A stretch of 64,000 bases of DNA from NCBI GenBank assembly GCA_051294905.1, contig CM119371.1:11284001-11348000 (forward strand). Reading direction: 5' to 3'. Below are positions 1-13,209 of the stretch, in pieces. The notes under the pieces were generated by a model. That model saw nothing but the letters and a program-made list of their open reading frames with translations, was not told where the DNA came from and did no database searches. Both the position numbers and the translations under genes were made by a program. Origin of the DNA: Botryllus schlosseri. Lineage: Eukaryota. Position 1 is the first letter of the stretch. The number at the start of each line of letters is the position of its first letter.

Positions 1-87
1 AGGACAAATAGGCGTCCTCCGAGGACACTTTCAAAAAAGTCAAAAAAGAGGACAAATCCTCTTAAAAGAGGACGTATGGTAAGCCTG
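1..87. mobile_element. Right end of hAT-type MITE (TAGGCTTACC family), truncated by window edge
   Basis: GAGGAC-rich subterminal array ending ATGGTAAGCCT; near-identical to the ends of copies at 16235, 18822, 32675 and 58451. Confidence 0.85.
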
Positions 88-675
88 GGTTAAGGTCGCC
101 AGAACAGTGACATTCGACGTCAGCCATTGAGGCGCCTATGGACAATTAAACATATATGTATCTATATCGAAGTTGTCGGTCAGCACAAGGGCATTCCTTC
201 TCGGCCAAGGCCTTCTCGCTGCTGATCGTTCTGGCACACTTCTCGGAGTCGCATGTTACATGGCGTCTAACTTCATGTGTCTTGGTGCGTCGTGGCGCAG
301 TAATAGCCGACGCCGAAGTCTCCCATTCCCATAAATCATGAGTATTTTTGTTGGGTGACTGGTACCCCAAAATCAAGATATATGATAATACTAAATTGCA
401 CGTAGCGCGAAAATTCTTTGAAAAAGTTGCATGAATTTCTAAAAGATTACTCTATAATAAATGTTGATTCACGAAATAATTTTGACCTCCCTCAAGTTTG
501 GGCCCCCAACCCCAGTTGGGGAGTTTGGGATGCGGTAGTTACGGTCCCGACTCCAATATAGCCGCTTTAACGCACCATCGCCCCCTATCGCCCCCTTCGT
601 CTGTTTTCGCCGCCCCCCATCGCCCCCTTCGTTATTTTCGCCCCCCTAGACCGCCAAATCGCCCACGTTGGGAAC

Positions 676-1535
676 TTGGGATGGTGTGAACCTCTGAAAG
701 GTTCAGGTTCGTGTGAACGCGAACCTTTTCGAAAGGTTCTGTGTGAACGCGAACGTGAACCTCATGACGTCACGTGACGTCATATTGCTAATTCCAACCC
801 TACATTTCAGTGAAGTGCTATTTTAAGGTACACGATACCTAGCGACGACTCGGGTCACATAATGCCACGATGATGAAGTAGGTACTGACGTTTTAAACGT
901 TGCCAAATGTATCAACTATGGGATAATCAAATATAATATAATATGTATCGATATTCTTATAAAATAAGTATCTTCCGTCGCTTTACCAACAATTTCGACG
1001 AGGTCTTGCAAGGGAATATAAGCTTACGCGTTAAAGGCTGGGCCCTAACGGACAATGTATTCGGCGTCCGAGTATTGCTACGTTGATATCGAGCAGAGCG
1101 TAAAACGGGTTTCTATACTTGCTACCGCTATCACCCTATTAACAAGTTACACGCAGTAGGCGACACCCCAATCTCACGGATTTGGTTTTTATGATACAAT
1201 AAACATATGATGAAATAAAGCTTGACCTCATACGCCTTCTTTTACATCAGACAACGATATCAATTTCATTGATTGGTTTCATAGGCATCATTCGCTGATT
1301 ACCGACGTAGCTATTAGCGTCGTAGCGTATTTCAATTTTCATGTTGTGTAATTGCGGGTCAAGCTCACAGCAGAGAAACACTAAATATTCACAAACGGAA
1401 AGTTGGAAAATTGTAAAACATGAAAAAGGTTCACAGAGCAGAACTTACCAAGGTTCGTTTGTGAACGTGAACCTCTAAATTTCTGAGGTTCACACCTAGA
1501 ACGCGAACGTGAACCTCACGTTCACACCATCCCTA
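676..1535. mobile_element. Non-autonomous hAT element (T[A]GGGATGGTG termini, GTGAAC/GCGAAC arrays)
   Basis: TIR GGGATGGTGTGAAC / GTTCACACCATCCCTA; perfect 8-bp TSD TTGGGAAC at 668-675 and 1536-1543. Confidence 0.9.
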
Positions 1536-3106
1536 TTGGGAACCACTGAGCTAGACTCATTTTCAGCCTTAAGAATTACGAAGTCTCGGATAAAATTATC
1601 GTCCAATCCGAGGATATATTATTGCTAAAATCCTAAATTCGAGGCATTTTCCTAATTCAGATCAGACCCGACTATATTCTCAAATCGATATACTCTTATG
1701 TCAGCGCCGGCTCCGGAATTGGATAACGAGAATCTCTGATCGCCAAACTACTATTATCGTAACATCCGCTAGATGTCAGTATCTGAGTATATTTACTTCT
1801 CGATGTTGTCAGGTAATTATTGAAATAGGCCTATGTAACTGCCATTCAGAGAATCACGAATACGGTACGTGTGCGTGCCGTCATGACATCGTGTACTTCA
1901 TTTTGTTCCGCCTAATAAATTCCATCCTCGCCACGCCATTACATGCTTATTTTGTAAGTATTGCAGTTATACTTTTAACCTATACCTATAGGCTACTCCT
2001 AACTCCATTGGATTTTGTGACCTACCGGTGATCGAGAGGTTGGCCCACCGACATATCGAACAGCCTTCTGTAAATACCATAAAACACCTGGCAATCCTAA
2101 TAATGTCACAATTTCTTTGCAGAAGCAGGCTGTCCTAATCTAAATATGCCTGCAAAGGATTGAATTGACTTTGATTCTTCATTGGAATGGATAAGTATAA
2201 TCATTGTGGAATTTATATTTGCTGTTGCGAGGAGTTTCCACCGTCACATCTAGTAGCCCAAATGAACGCAGCTTTTCTGTATAGATGGGCTTGTATAGGT
2301 GAATGAGGTGGATTGGACCAAATCTTTCAGTGGAATAAGAACGTCACGGTGGTTTGAGGCAGTCTCGATGCTTCAGATGCATTTATCATCCTTTTACGAG
2401 CTGCTATTACCACAACTTGCATGTTGTGATATAGGCTATTATTGGACAATTTTGCACCGCAAAATAGGCCTCTAATATGCACTTTGGTACCCATATCTCT
2501 CGAATTCCCCAGAACCTTTCATAGTTCATCTCCTTGGAGCCTTTAAACTTAATTGAGGTAGGCATATGTCAGCGTCAGTGTCCACTTGGGGAGGACTTGA
2601 ACGGCATCGGTCCAATAACACAAATTTAAGCAAATTCCACGAGAAGTCCCTAGTTACCAGTCTTGTAATAGCCCTAGAATTGCTACTCATATTCTGCTAA
2701 CTTTATAAGCATCTCATATATCAGAAGTCCAAAGTATATTTATGTATATTTTTCGTGGTTGCGCGATCTGATATGCACCATGGATGGCACTTTTCTGTAT
2801 GAACAAATACAATCCGGAAACTAAATATAAGAAATTGGCCCTAAGAAATGCAGATTTGGGCCGTATAAAACATTTGTGCAATAATATTCCTGCTACGTCA
2901 ATTTCATTACTACATTCGACATTTGTACATCGAATTATTTCAAATTATTACAGTTATGAATGCTGGCATGCTAGACTAATCACGCTTCTGAATTAGTGTT
3001 GTCAATTTGCTAACCGGCATCGTTAGTCGACTTCACAGGCCCACAAATTACGTTATCTACAAACGCATCGACCTGAGTCTAACACGGACTGGCGTTTAAC
3101 TGGCAA

Positions 3107-3362
3107 TTAACAGGTCCCGTACAGGACGTTTTTCTTGAGAGAGCCGTCTGAGGATGCAACAGTATTCTCGGCGAACGTGTAGTTTGTTTCTGTCGCTGCT
3201 AGATTAGCATCATTTGCCTCGAGTTTCTTTCCTGAAATACAAGTGTTTCCATGTGGATTCAGCACGCCATCTGTTTGTTTTTGAGATCCACCCATATCGT
3301 ATATCTCATTTTCTTTCACCTCTGCGTCAGCGCGTACACTGCTCTCTTCATTACGACGGTTC
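3107..3362 (-). CDS. Gene A terminal exon: cytoplasmic tail of mucin-stalk type I receptor (RNRRNEESSVRADAEVKENEIYDMGG...TETNYTFAEN...NVLYGTC*)
   Basis: Acceptor ttgttaag|G, phase 2 matches TM exon 7887-7989; homologous to tails at 25751-26009 and 42264-42483. Confidence 0.85.
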
Positions 3363-3691
3363 CTTAACAATAATGTAAATAGCAACTTCGAATTAATATG
3401 GTATGAAGAGTTGTTGCACAAATAGGCATTTTGTATGTGGGTGAGAAGCCATAAAAGGTTTCGGACGTGTGAAAACAAAACATATGACAATATCAACGTC
3501 TGATTCGCTCCATTGCGGAATGCCGAACTTCTTGCTATACGAGACGAAAGTCCTTATCCTGCGACTTCTAATTACGGGACAGTGCGGGCTAATCGATCAT
3601 GTGTACATGATGGGATGCCCTGACAACGGGTTATGCGACCTGAGAACAGAACCTGAATCTGCGAAACATTTCCTGCTAATATGATCTAGAT

Positions 3692-4338
3692 CAGTGGTTC
3701 TCAAACATTTTTTAGACACGAAACAGATGATACAGAACAATTGCGCGCCACTTTATCGTCATATCAAAAATACGGTAAAAAGAGCGACTAGAAAGTTGGC
3801 AACTCCAATGCATAATTTGATGGCATGGAAGGCTATGACTGATGAGAGAATTATACACGGAGCAGCAATTACGAGCTGAAATAGTGCGCAGCGCGAAATA
3901 TTTTTTACTTTAATATTTTGTCACAAACAATCATGCGCAATGATAGCACGGAGTATATAGATATTTTTGCGATTTTAGTATAAAATCTCTTCTATTCCCC
4001 TACTTGAATTTAGGTCAAACGTACCTCTAACCGTAAACTGAATCAAAAACACTACACGCATTCGCCTGTTTCTCTTAATTTAGAGACATATTCTGATCGG
4101 GGCAAGTTGCGGTATCAAATAAAATGTAACATCAGTGTAGGGATGGTGTGATGCACTTATGACATTTAAATCGGCATACAATTAGGAATATTGTCGTTGT
4201 TAAAAGTTGGGAGTTTCAGCACAAATTAAACTCATTACGAGTTCAAGAAACATCATTTTCTTCCAGGCGGTCCCGCGCCCCCTTCGTATGGATGCTTTCA
4301 CGCCCCGATGTGGCGCGACCCCAGTTTGACAACGACTG
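3692..4338. mobile_element. hAT-type MITE (CAGTGGTTCTCAA family)
   Basis: CAGTGGTTCTCAAAC ... GTTTGACAACGACTG imperfect TIR; flanks ATCTAGAT/CTCTAGCT (6/8 TSD match); interior similar to 12255-12520, 31449-31729 and 37840-38125. Confidence 0.75.
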
Positions 4339-5870
4339 CTCTAGCTAGATACTCCAACAATAGAAAATATACCATCGAAGTTGCCAGTAATCATGGTTTC
4401 AACTTTGCGCTACAAGACTTAATCTTCTCATCGTCCCGTTCACTGTAACGCCTGGTGTTGGATTTGCGTTCTAATCCAGTAGAATGATATAAAAAGACTT
4501 CTTATGCATTCAAAAGTTTCGCTCTGTGGTACAAGGCGATGGTAGCCCAGCACCAAACTCGCGCCTATCAATCAACCAACCAGCATATGAAATCATGTTA
4601 CGTCTCTGTCTATAGGATAATTCAGACATCAATCGTTTAGGGCGTTAGGCTTATAGTCCCCCGGGTATAACATATGGTTACAGCAGTAGTCAATCGTTGA
4701 ACTCTCCGTGACATTCAAAAACTTTCACCCATGACGACGAAATGACTGGATTTAAATGTTTTAACATGAGAATTTAACATTATTTTGATAAATTTGGAAA
4801 TATATGAGTTTGGTTTCCCGCTAGTATGGGCCTATCTGTATGCACCCACTATTATTGTTGTGGTATGGATTTACAATACATTGGCGCTCGGCCTCTAATG
4901 GTCATTCGCACTAGACCTACATGTATGCGATATATCGTACTTATGTACTACACATAGAATCTTCTGATTCTAAGGAAAACTTCACACCTCTGGATCAAAT
5001 CGACACTGGTGATGACTTCAGATCTATTTACCTCACCACTGCGATGGTAGAGAGGTTGAAGAACTTGGCCGGATCAAGTATGTTTCGGGCCAAGACACTT
5101 AATAGCGACGGAATCGAACCATATGATATTTACGACTGACACAGCGTGTTATATTATTCAGAATTATTGGAAATCAGTACAAATTCTGGCACGTTCACTC
5201 ATATTAAAGATTTTTTTTTCATGCTACCAATATGATTAGATGGGTAATATAAAGTGGAAATTCAAGTAATTTGTAATAAAATTGTTAATGTGAGGCAGAC
5301 ATTGAATATTTCATAAAAGTTTTCACAGAGTTATACCAAGAAATGTTAATTGTTGAACATCCACATCTGAATTTCCAATGTTAGCATACGGAACGAGAAG
5401 AGGAGCTAATGTTGGCACCATATCTTAGCTGCAGTTGGTGGCTGATCACCGCAGTAATACCCAGTAGGCAGATTGCTTGAAACGGCCTGATTTACCGTTA
5501 TGCACCCAACTTAGAATAATCTTTAAATGATCACCATCATCCATGATGTGCAGGCTACAACATACGTATATTGTCATATACCTATGAGATGTGCAAATAC
5601 TTATGAGCGAGAGCTAGCCTTCGTGACATTATGGAGGCATTTTCCATCTACGAGGTCGCATATACCAGGAAATTGCGTAGTAATACTATATAGGTACATT
5701 TAATACTAAGATCATCGGACATTTTGCTCCACTAAATACTGTTATCCGATAGCTTATATCCGAGTTATTGAAACGAGGCTTCTCCTATTTCAATAGCGGT
5801 AGCATGTAGGTTTCATGGGAATAGGAAGATCAATTATGTTAATCAGCATTGATTGCTTCCATCTATCACG

Positions 5871-6832
5871 GGGGAGATGTGGTACCGATGGATCAAAAAT
5901 TGGAAAATGATCGCTGGCCCCAAAATGTTCAGCCGAAAACAACAGGTCTTTTGCTGGCTCAGCACTTTGATACAAGCTCTACCTATCGCGCACATATACA
6001 TGAATATCCGTCTTTTCAAAAAATATTTATGGACGTTCAAAATTTGTTGCTCGAAAGTGTCATCGGTCCCCACCCGGTGGGTCCAATGGCACACGACCCG
6101 GGGACCTATGACACATATACCCTAAATACCTCAGATGTGACAACTTTTCTTGCTCAATATTATAATCTAAGCTACAGTAAGCCAAAGAAGAATGTTTGAT
6201 CGCAACCGTCAAGAAATAGAATAAATATTAACTCAAATGTTGTCATAAAATCACGTTTCGATTTAGGCTCGGACTTATAAATTTGAGGGTGCATACATAT
6301 TGTGCGAAAATCGACAGTGTGACTTCCAAACACCTCGTTATAGCGATAAAACATCATATGCAATTATTACATAAAGATTTTCTGCACGTAGGCACGTTTC
6401 ATTTGTTTTATGATTAGTATGCTTGATTATATTGCTTGATTTGGCTATTGTATCATTGGTCCCCACCCTACGAATTTTATACATGAATCGAAAAAAATTC
6501 CACTCAAGGAAAGTACTGAAAAAAATAATAGGTGCCATTATATAGCCTGATACAAGCCCTACACTTCACAATAAAAATGATTGCTGGTTTGTTCGTGTTG
6601 AAGGTTACAAAGAAAAATGTATATGTCGATATAAATTTACTTTACACCCCCCAAAACAAAAAACATCTGTGAGAGACCCCATAGCTCGCGCACGTCGAAT
6701 TTTTTTGTATGTGAGGAAAGATTTTGCCGGCAAGCAATTGTGGACAAGTTCATGGAAGGTAATCATGGAATTATCATAGAGAATTTTCAAAGTATTTTCG
6801 GTCCCAGTGATCCATCGGTACCACATCTCCCC
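5871..6832. mobile_element. MITE with 25-bp perfect TIRs, superfamily unassigned
   Basis: GGGGAGATGTGGTACCGATGGATCA at 5871-5895 and its exact reverse complement at 6808-6832; no clean TSD. Confidence 0.8.
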
Positions 6833-7886
6833 TAACACGATGGCATTTCAAACATGAATTTATTGCAAATAGAAAGAATTTCAAAATGGCAGGCTTTGAA
6901 ACATCGTCATTGTCTAATTATTTCCTATGCGTATAGCGATTATACCACTAAATTGATGTAGGCCTATGCCTTGCCTCTTGTAGCGTTTACGAAAGTGGTG
7001 GCCTACGTCTCGCTTTGTCGATTTTGACAAATTCAAAGTATGCGAAATTAATGAATGCTTGATTTAATATTGTAATCATGAAAATTTTGTATTATTAGTT
7101 CATTCATTATGAAAAAAGAACATAGGATGAATTTCAAGTATTTTTGAAAATAAAAATTACTTGGAACTCGCTTCGGTTAGAAAATATTCCATTGAAATTT
7201 GACCCATCTTTCTCTAGGAGCATGGTTGACACGATCAGTATATAGCTATACCCTGCATGTATTGCAGCAATTTATTACTCTTTGTAGGTAAGATATATAT
7301 TCACTTAGTGGTGCTTTTCTTATCACAGGTTTTTGCACCAAGGCAAATTGGCCATTATAAAGTCAACGATTCAAGGATGTGTTATGTATCGCTCTTTTGC
7401 AGTGAAGATGACAAGCATTCAAGTATATGTTGGAAATTTCTCTCTCATACAGCAAGTGGTATCATTATCTTTGGCCTTGCGTTTCGGTTACCGTAGACTA
7501 GTAATCAATGATTGCCGCCTGTCGCAATTCTTTCAATCCAAATTCTAATACATATTTTTTCAGCAGCATAATGGTTCGAAATGTGACCAGATTTATTCGG
7601 AAGTATTGAATGGAAGTACCCCAACGATATTCCTAAAGTTACCTTACTGTGCCATATAAACCAAAGTAACATTTGAAACGGAATGGGGAAATTTTGAGTG
7701 GAAAATTTTGTGCTTATCGACATTGTCATGAGTAAAGCCGCGACATTTCTCCTAACAAATGTGATCGTCCAAAGAATCGTCAGCGAAACGTTAAGGGGTC
7801 CCAGTCATGACGAACTGAAAGTCTTGACAGGGCATATTGAAGCATGATTTATGTAATCATAGTAACTCCCCGCATTTGAAACTTAC

Positions 7887-7989
7887 CTGAACAAAAATAT
7901 TATCAAGACTGTTAATACAATTAGCACCAGCAGACTGGAGGTAGCAGCAATGATCACGATGCCTTCGTCAAAAACCGTCACATCCTTAC
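7887..7989 (-). CDS. Gene A transmembrane exon (G-KDVTVFDEGIVIIAATSSLLVLIVLTVLIIFLFR)
   Basis: aatag|GT acceptor, AG|gtaagt donor, 103 nt, phase 1-2; about 23 hydrophobic residues followed by a basic residue. Confidence 0.9.
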
Positions 7990-8314
7990 CTATTAATGGA
8001 ATAAAAGTCGAATCACCTTCACGTCTACTTCAAATTTAGTATTTTGTAGTCAATATCATAGAGTTTGTTCCAAGGATGCATGAAAGGTGCTATTTTGGGA
8101 TGGTTTTGCGACTGTCCAACTGATTTTTTGATTTTGACATAATGATGTACTTGCAGAGGTAGACTAATTATTCTGGAGTTTAACCATGTGACACAATTAA
8201 AAACGACACTTGATCATACGGATTTATGACCCAAAAACGAAGAATGACACCAGCATAAACCAAGGACCTGGCCGTAACCCGTACTTGAATACAAATCTTA
8301 CCTACCCGCAGGCC

Positions 8315-8880
8315 CTTACAGAATGTGCCACAACCAAAATGAAACTGTAGCACATCTCATTTCGGGCTGTGGTGCACTTGCAGCAAACGAATACACATGG
8401 AGACACAACAGGATAGATCACTACATTCATCTTGAATTATGCAAACATTTTAACATCACCACTTCGACAAAAAAATTGGTATGAATATAGGCCTGCATCA
8501 GTGACAGAAAACGACCAAGTAAAAATTATGTGAGATGTACCAATTATAACTAGCCGCCAAATCATTAGCAACCGTCCGGATATGATAATCAAACTAAAAA
8601 AGAAAAGAGAATGCTTCTTCATTGAACTGGCCGTTCCAGCTACAAAAAGAATCAGAAAAACAATCCAAATACGAAGACCTCAAAATGGATTGTCAGAAAA
8701 TGTGGCGATGTAAAATAAACATTGTACCAATAGTCATTGGCGCTACAGGAGTCGTAAGCAAAATACTCATGAGACATATACAACTGATCCCGGGTAACGT
8801 TCGATTCGACATGATCCAGAATATCACGCTATTGGGCACTGTCCATATTCTTCGGAAGGCCTTGAATGCATCACTCGACG
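8315..8880 (+). mobile_element. 5'-truncated, frameshifted RLE-type non-LTR retrotransposon (R4/Dong-like): zinc knuckle plus restriction-like endonuclease
   Basis: Stitched across frameshifts: YRMCHNQNETVAHLISGC..LA..EY..RHN; WYEY.P..V.END..KI; NRPDMII; CFFIELAVP; EKQSKYEDL..MW..VPIVIGATG..LLGTVHILRKAL. Confidence 0.85.
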
Positions 8881-10104
8881 AAAATTACACTTATGAATCA
8901 CAGCATAGTTTCTGTAATTTCGATTCGTAATTTTCAATCATCTCTACCTCTGCTCTGTAACCCTTGCCAATTCTCCATCTACTGCAATTCTGTAATCTGT
9001 CTTCTCCATGTATTGCATAGGAATAACATGTTGACTGTATTACTGAATTTTTTTTTAAATACTCCAATCTCGCCATTTTCCTTTGGGGGCTGGTTGCTCT
9101 CCGGATTATGTGTGTATTTACCAGTTTTACTGTAAATAATGAATATATTAATAATACTAACAATCCTAGCTTCACCCGACATGCTCAAGTGCTGCATGTT
9201 GACATATCGCGTGCTGATGTGTCATATGCTCATTGCTGATATGTAGTGGACCACAACAAATATATATTTGCCTAAAACTGAGAAGATAAGATAAGGAGCT
9301 GGTTCAAGAGTCGGAATTGATGAAATAAATTAAAATACTTCGAGTGTGTTATTTTTTGTCGAAATGAACAAATTTTTTTTTTCAATTTTCACACTATCTA
9401 TTGAACCTCATCCGGGTGGGTACCGATTAGAAATATCTAGACTCGACTATCTCGTGGTTATATTTGTAGAGGGTACGAGTCGAGGTATTGTGATGTCACA
9501 AGCCCTTTTCAAGCTGAATTCACTGAAAAGCATCACTCTCTCGGCAGACATGCCTGTATTAGGATGTTTTGTGACAGCCAAGTGACAAAAATTTCCACCG
9601 TCAATACTAGTATTTCTAAAAATGTCCAAAATTTTAATTGGATCTGCGTCGGCTTCTACTCGTTGAATTGAGTCAAATGTGGTGTGCAGTATTTTTCAGG
9701 CAACCTTACAATTTAATCTGTGAATCCCAGGAATTTGAAAAAAAAATCGTTGTTGAAATATGCATGCATGCATGCACTGTTGCATATCACTACAAACCTG
9801 TTGAACGGGTCTCGCCCAATTTCATGGCAGTACTTGTCAATGCTGGGTTTCCATCAATGCTGGCACTGCTGAATGAGTGTGAAGTAAATTGCTTGGACGC
9901 ATTTTCCAATGTCCCTTAAAAACGCTACAATCACTCGACCACAAAGAAAAATAGGAATACAGTTGAAATCTTTATAACATTGGACCAGATACGAAATGAA
10001 TGACATCAACATTCAACATGTTCTAGTCGTCAGAACCTTTGTGAGGTGAGACAAATTCGAATTCTATCGACCTGGTCATTCCTGTAACCAAAAGTTATCA
10101 TTAC

Positions 10105-10239
10105 CATCGCTAGTCCTAATGATACTTGTAGATTCCCAATCGCCTGTCGTGGTTATTATGCTTTGTGCTGATGTAGGAGAAGAGGATGTGAAAGATGTTG
10201 CCGTAGTCGTAGCGACAGGTGTGGTAGAATAAACGTTAC
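10105..10239 (-). CDS. Gene A mucin-like exon (G-NVYSTTPVATTTATSFTSSSPTSAQSIITTTGDWESTSIIRTSD-G)
   Basis: tttacag|GT acceptor, G|gtaatg donor, 135 nt, phase 1-1; homologous to 29890-30060 and 48470-48586. Confidence 0.85.
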
Positions 10240-10867
10240 CTGTAAAACAATTTAGTGTGAGGTGATATAATGTTTGCCGTTTCAAGTCCAATTTAAAATA
10301 CACGGATTTACGAACTTGTGTATATATAGATGTAATAAATTCTAATAACAATCGATTCAAATCGGTAACGCATGTATATCGAGTCAAATCGCTGATGCTT
10401 TATTTACCGATATATAATGTAATGGTGATTATTACCACGCCGACGTATTGAATGAGAGCGCACAGTGTACTCTGTATGACTGAATACGTTGTAGGTTCGA
10501 TTTGGTCGGAGGGCTGTTTATCTACATCTACATCTGCATGAGAGATTCGGCGGTGTCAATCCAAGCCAACATGTCTTTCGATAGTACTACAAGGCTTCCA
10601 GAACATGGTTAGTCCTGTTCTTGCTTACATCGAGATTTAGAGAACCAAAATACGACGCTGTCGAAATGACAGAAAGATATCAGCTGGTGATGGAAAAATT
10701 TTATTGGAATGTAGTATGCTATTGCGATAGAATTAACGACGATTGAACGCCTAATCGCAAAATAAAATTAGATAGAATTGAGACAAAAAGAGCATGTCGT
10801 TGAAGGTATAAACACTATAGTTTGCAGGTGCGTTTGCATTGAATTTAGTCAGCATGATCGGCGTCTA

Positions 10868-10890
10868 AATATATATATATATATATATAT
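10868..10890. repeat. (AT)n microsatellite
   Basis: Run of about 11 AT units. Confidence 0.9.
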
Positions 10891-11321
10891 GTCCGCAATG
10901 CTTACACTATTCCTATTATAGCATAGTATCGTAGATTCGTATTACTTTATATGATATATAGTATAGTCATTGGCTGAGCATGCCGATCTCATAAAGTAGT
11001 TTTCAAAAACACGTTTTGTTTCATACCAGCTGTTCGTTAGTAGCTGCGAGCCTGCGCAGTTGTGCAGTGTGCACTGCTGACACGGGGCGACACAGAAAAC
11101 ATGTGCTAGGCACAAGAAGAAATATCAGCCTGTGGTGCGAAAAAAATAATGAATATTTGTTTCGCAGAACGTAGACGTAGGCACTAATGCTTATCAGAGC
11201 AAACTGGAATCCCATTTAGATGTGAAAATGTACATTACTAATTTCTAATCAGTAAATAGTAAACAGACAAACCGATGCGATCTCGTTAGATCTTCTCTCT
11301 CGATCATACGAGCCAATGCCC

Positions 11322-11589
11322 GTTTGTTTGTTTTTATAAACATAGTGTTCCGACTCGTTGGTCATTTTACACCAGGCCGACATTCTTTATTTTTGATTCA
11401 GTATTTACCGACTTGTATCACAGCGCACTTCTTTTATTAGGTTTTTAAAAGACACCGCTTACGCAGATCACATGGCGAGGAGGAACCTAGATAAACCTTC
11501 AACTCTTAGGTAGGAATTCTGGAGTAGATTGCGGTTGGACTCGTACCCGTCACCCATTAGTGTTGCAGTTATGGATCATACCACTACGC
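11322..11589 (-). mobile_element. tRNA-derived SINE, family 1 (extreme 5' end displaced to ~13590-13606 by an insertion)
   Basis: Minus strand: A box TAGCGTAGTGG, B box GGGTACGAGTCC, body shared with 24040-24325 and 54605-55545, (AAAC)n tail. Confidence 0.8.
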
Positions 11590-11820
11590 TAGGGTTACCA
11601 TATTTCAGCAACCCAAATTCCGGACACTCTTTAGCGCCCATTAGTGGATTTAAAATGAGTTATGACGTCACTCTAGCAAAGCTTTGCTCATAGACCAAAG
11701 GTATGGTCACGATCCGGTTCAGGAGTATGTGGCTGTGTGTTGTGCAACCGGGGCCGAAAGCACATGTTTTCAGCTATTTCCCGCCCAACTAAACAATGAT
11801 TTTGAGCCCACACTATAGGG

Positions 11821-12701
11821 CAGGGGTGGGCAAACTTTTGAGCTCGCGGGCCGCATTCAACATCTGAATCCATTCGCGGGCCGCACTATATAAATTTGGG
11901 ATCATAAACCAAAACGCAATATTGCTGCTATTTGATTACACAGTGGGGACATTCAGTTAATATATATGCTTATTTGAAACAAACCAAACAGTGCTATGAT
12001 GATATCGTACACGCGCCAGAAACAATGGCGAGATTTCATAGGCTTGTCGACCTCAATAACCAATTTGTCAAAACTATAGAGATGAAAGTCTGTTGTCCGG
12101 ATTCTTAGAACAGGATTGAACTTTAAATCTGTGAGCACACTGAGCAGTGATCTGTTCATAGATTTATCAATTCCGCTTTGGGTTCAGTTCCAGGACACAC
12201 AATGCTGACAGCATCATAACCATGTTAGCTTCAAACACGCTTCTACTATATGTGTAGATTTCGCGCCCCCTTATCGTCATATCACAAAACGCCACCAGGA
12301 TGCTATAGCAAACCTAACGGATAATTTAGTGGCATGGAAGGTTGCGACTATTGAAGAGAGATTTTTAAATATCAAATTCATACTAAATACAGAGCAATAA
12401 TGATGATTTGGAAGTAAATCGCGCATGGCGCGAAAAATTTTTCAGTTGAGCTCACCTTAGCGACCCCCTTCAGATGCTTTCATGACCCCAAGGGGCACGC
12501 ATCTCCAGGTTGAGACCCACTGCCTTAGAATTATCATGATGAATTATACTAAGAAAAAGTTTAATCAAGTCCCTGCATTAATTCGATTTTTAGTACGCAT
12601 TTTATCAATATTTTTAATGAGTATCTTTAGACTCTCGCGGGCCGCACAGAACGGTGTTGCGGGCCGCATGCGGCCCGCGGGCCGTAGTTTGCCCACCCCT
12701 G
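11821..12701. mobile_element. Non-autonomous hAT (CAGGGGTGGGCAA TIR) with degenerate Charlie-type transposase C-terminus and a nested MITE
   Basis: Perfect TSD CTATAGGG (11813-11820, 12702-12709); minus strand LTDLKFNPVLRIRTTDFHLYSFDKLV resembles the hAT C-terminal dimerisation region; inverted copy at 31276-32294. Confidence 0.9.
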
Positions 12702-13004
12702 CTATAGGGTAATCGATGCAACTTATGGTTGGGCGGTCTTGCTATATGAGTCTGGTTTCTATATGCATCTGGTCGTTAAATTATTTGAATGAATTCTGTC
12801 AATAATATTGGTCGTTGCATGTATTACTACTACTCTCCGCCCACATGATCCGAGTTAGCGGTAGAGCGGGTCATGGAGGAGGATGAGTTCGAAAATACAG
12901 GGAGCGTAATTGCACATCGTTAAGTCATGTTCATGTCCTACCGATAAAGAAATTTATCAGCCTTATGCCGGTGCGCAACACGGAGCTTATAAACACCCCA
13001 AATC

Positions 13005-13209
13005 CAGTGGTTTCCAACCTTTTATGGTCGCGACTCCATCTCCAATTTGAAAATGTACCGTGGCCCAGATCAAAATTTGACGAGCTGACTAAAATAAGTC
13101 AGCACCTTTGCCCAGACTAACTCACGGGCAATTTCGGAAGCTGATTACGTTCAACATATAGTCGCAAACCCCAGAATAAAGGCAAGCGACCCCATGTTTT
13201 GAACCACTA
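13005..13209. mobile_element. Short hAT-like MITE
   Basis: CAGTGGTTTCCAACC ... GTTTTGAACCACTA termini with GCGACCCC subterminal motif; no TSD found. Confidence 0.6.

Noticed and set aside
146-376. 76-aa minus ORF with a faint BED-finger-like look (EVRRHVTCDSEKC)
   Set aside because: No complete Cys/His pattern, no splice support and no second copy in the window
5849-6199. 116-aa plus-strand ORF
   Set aside because: Lies almost entirely inside a TIR-bounded MITE; no recognisable domain
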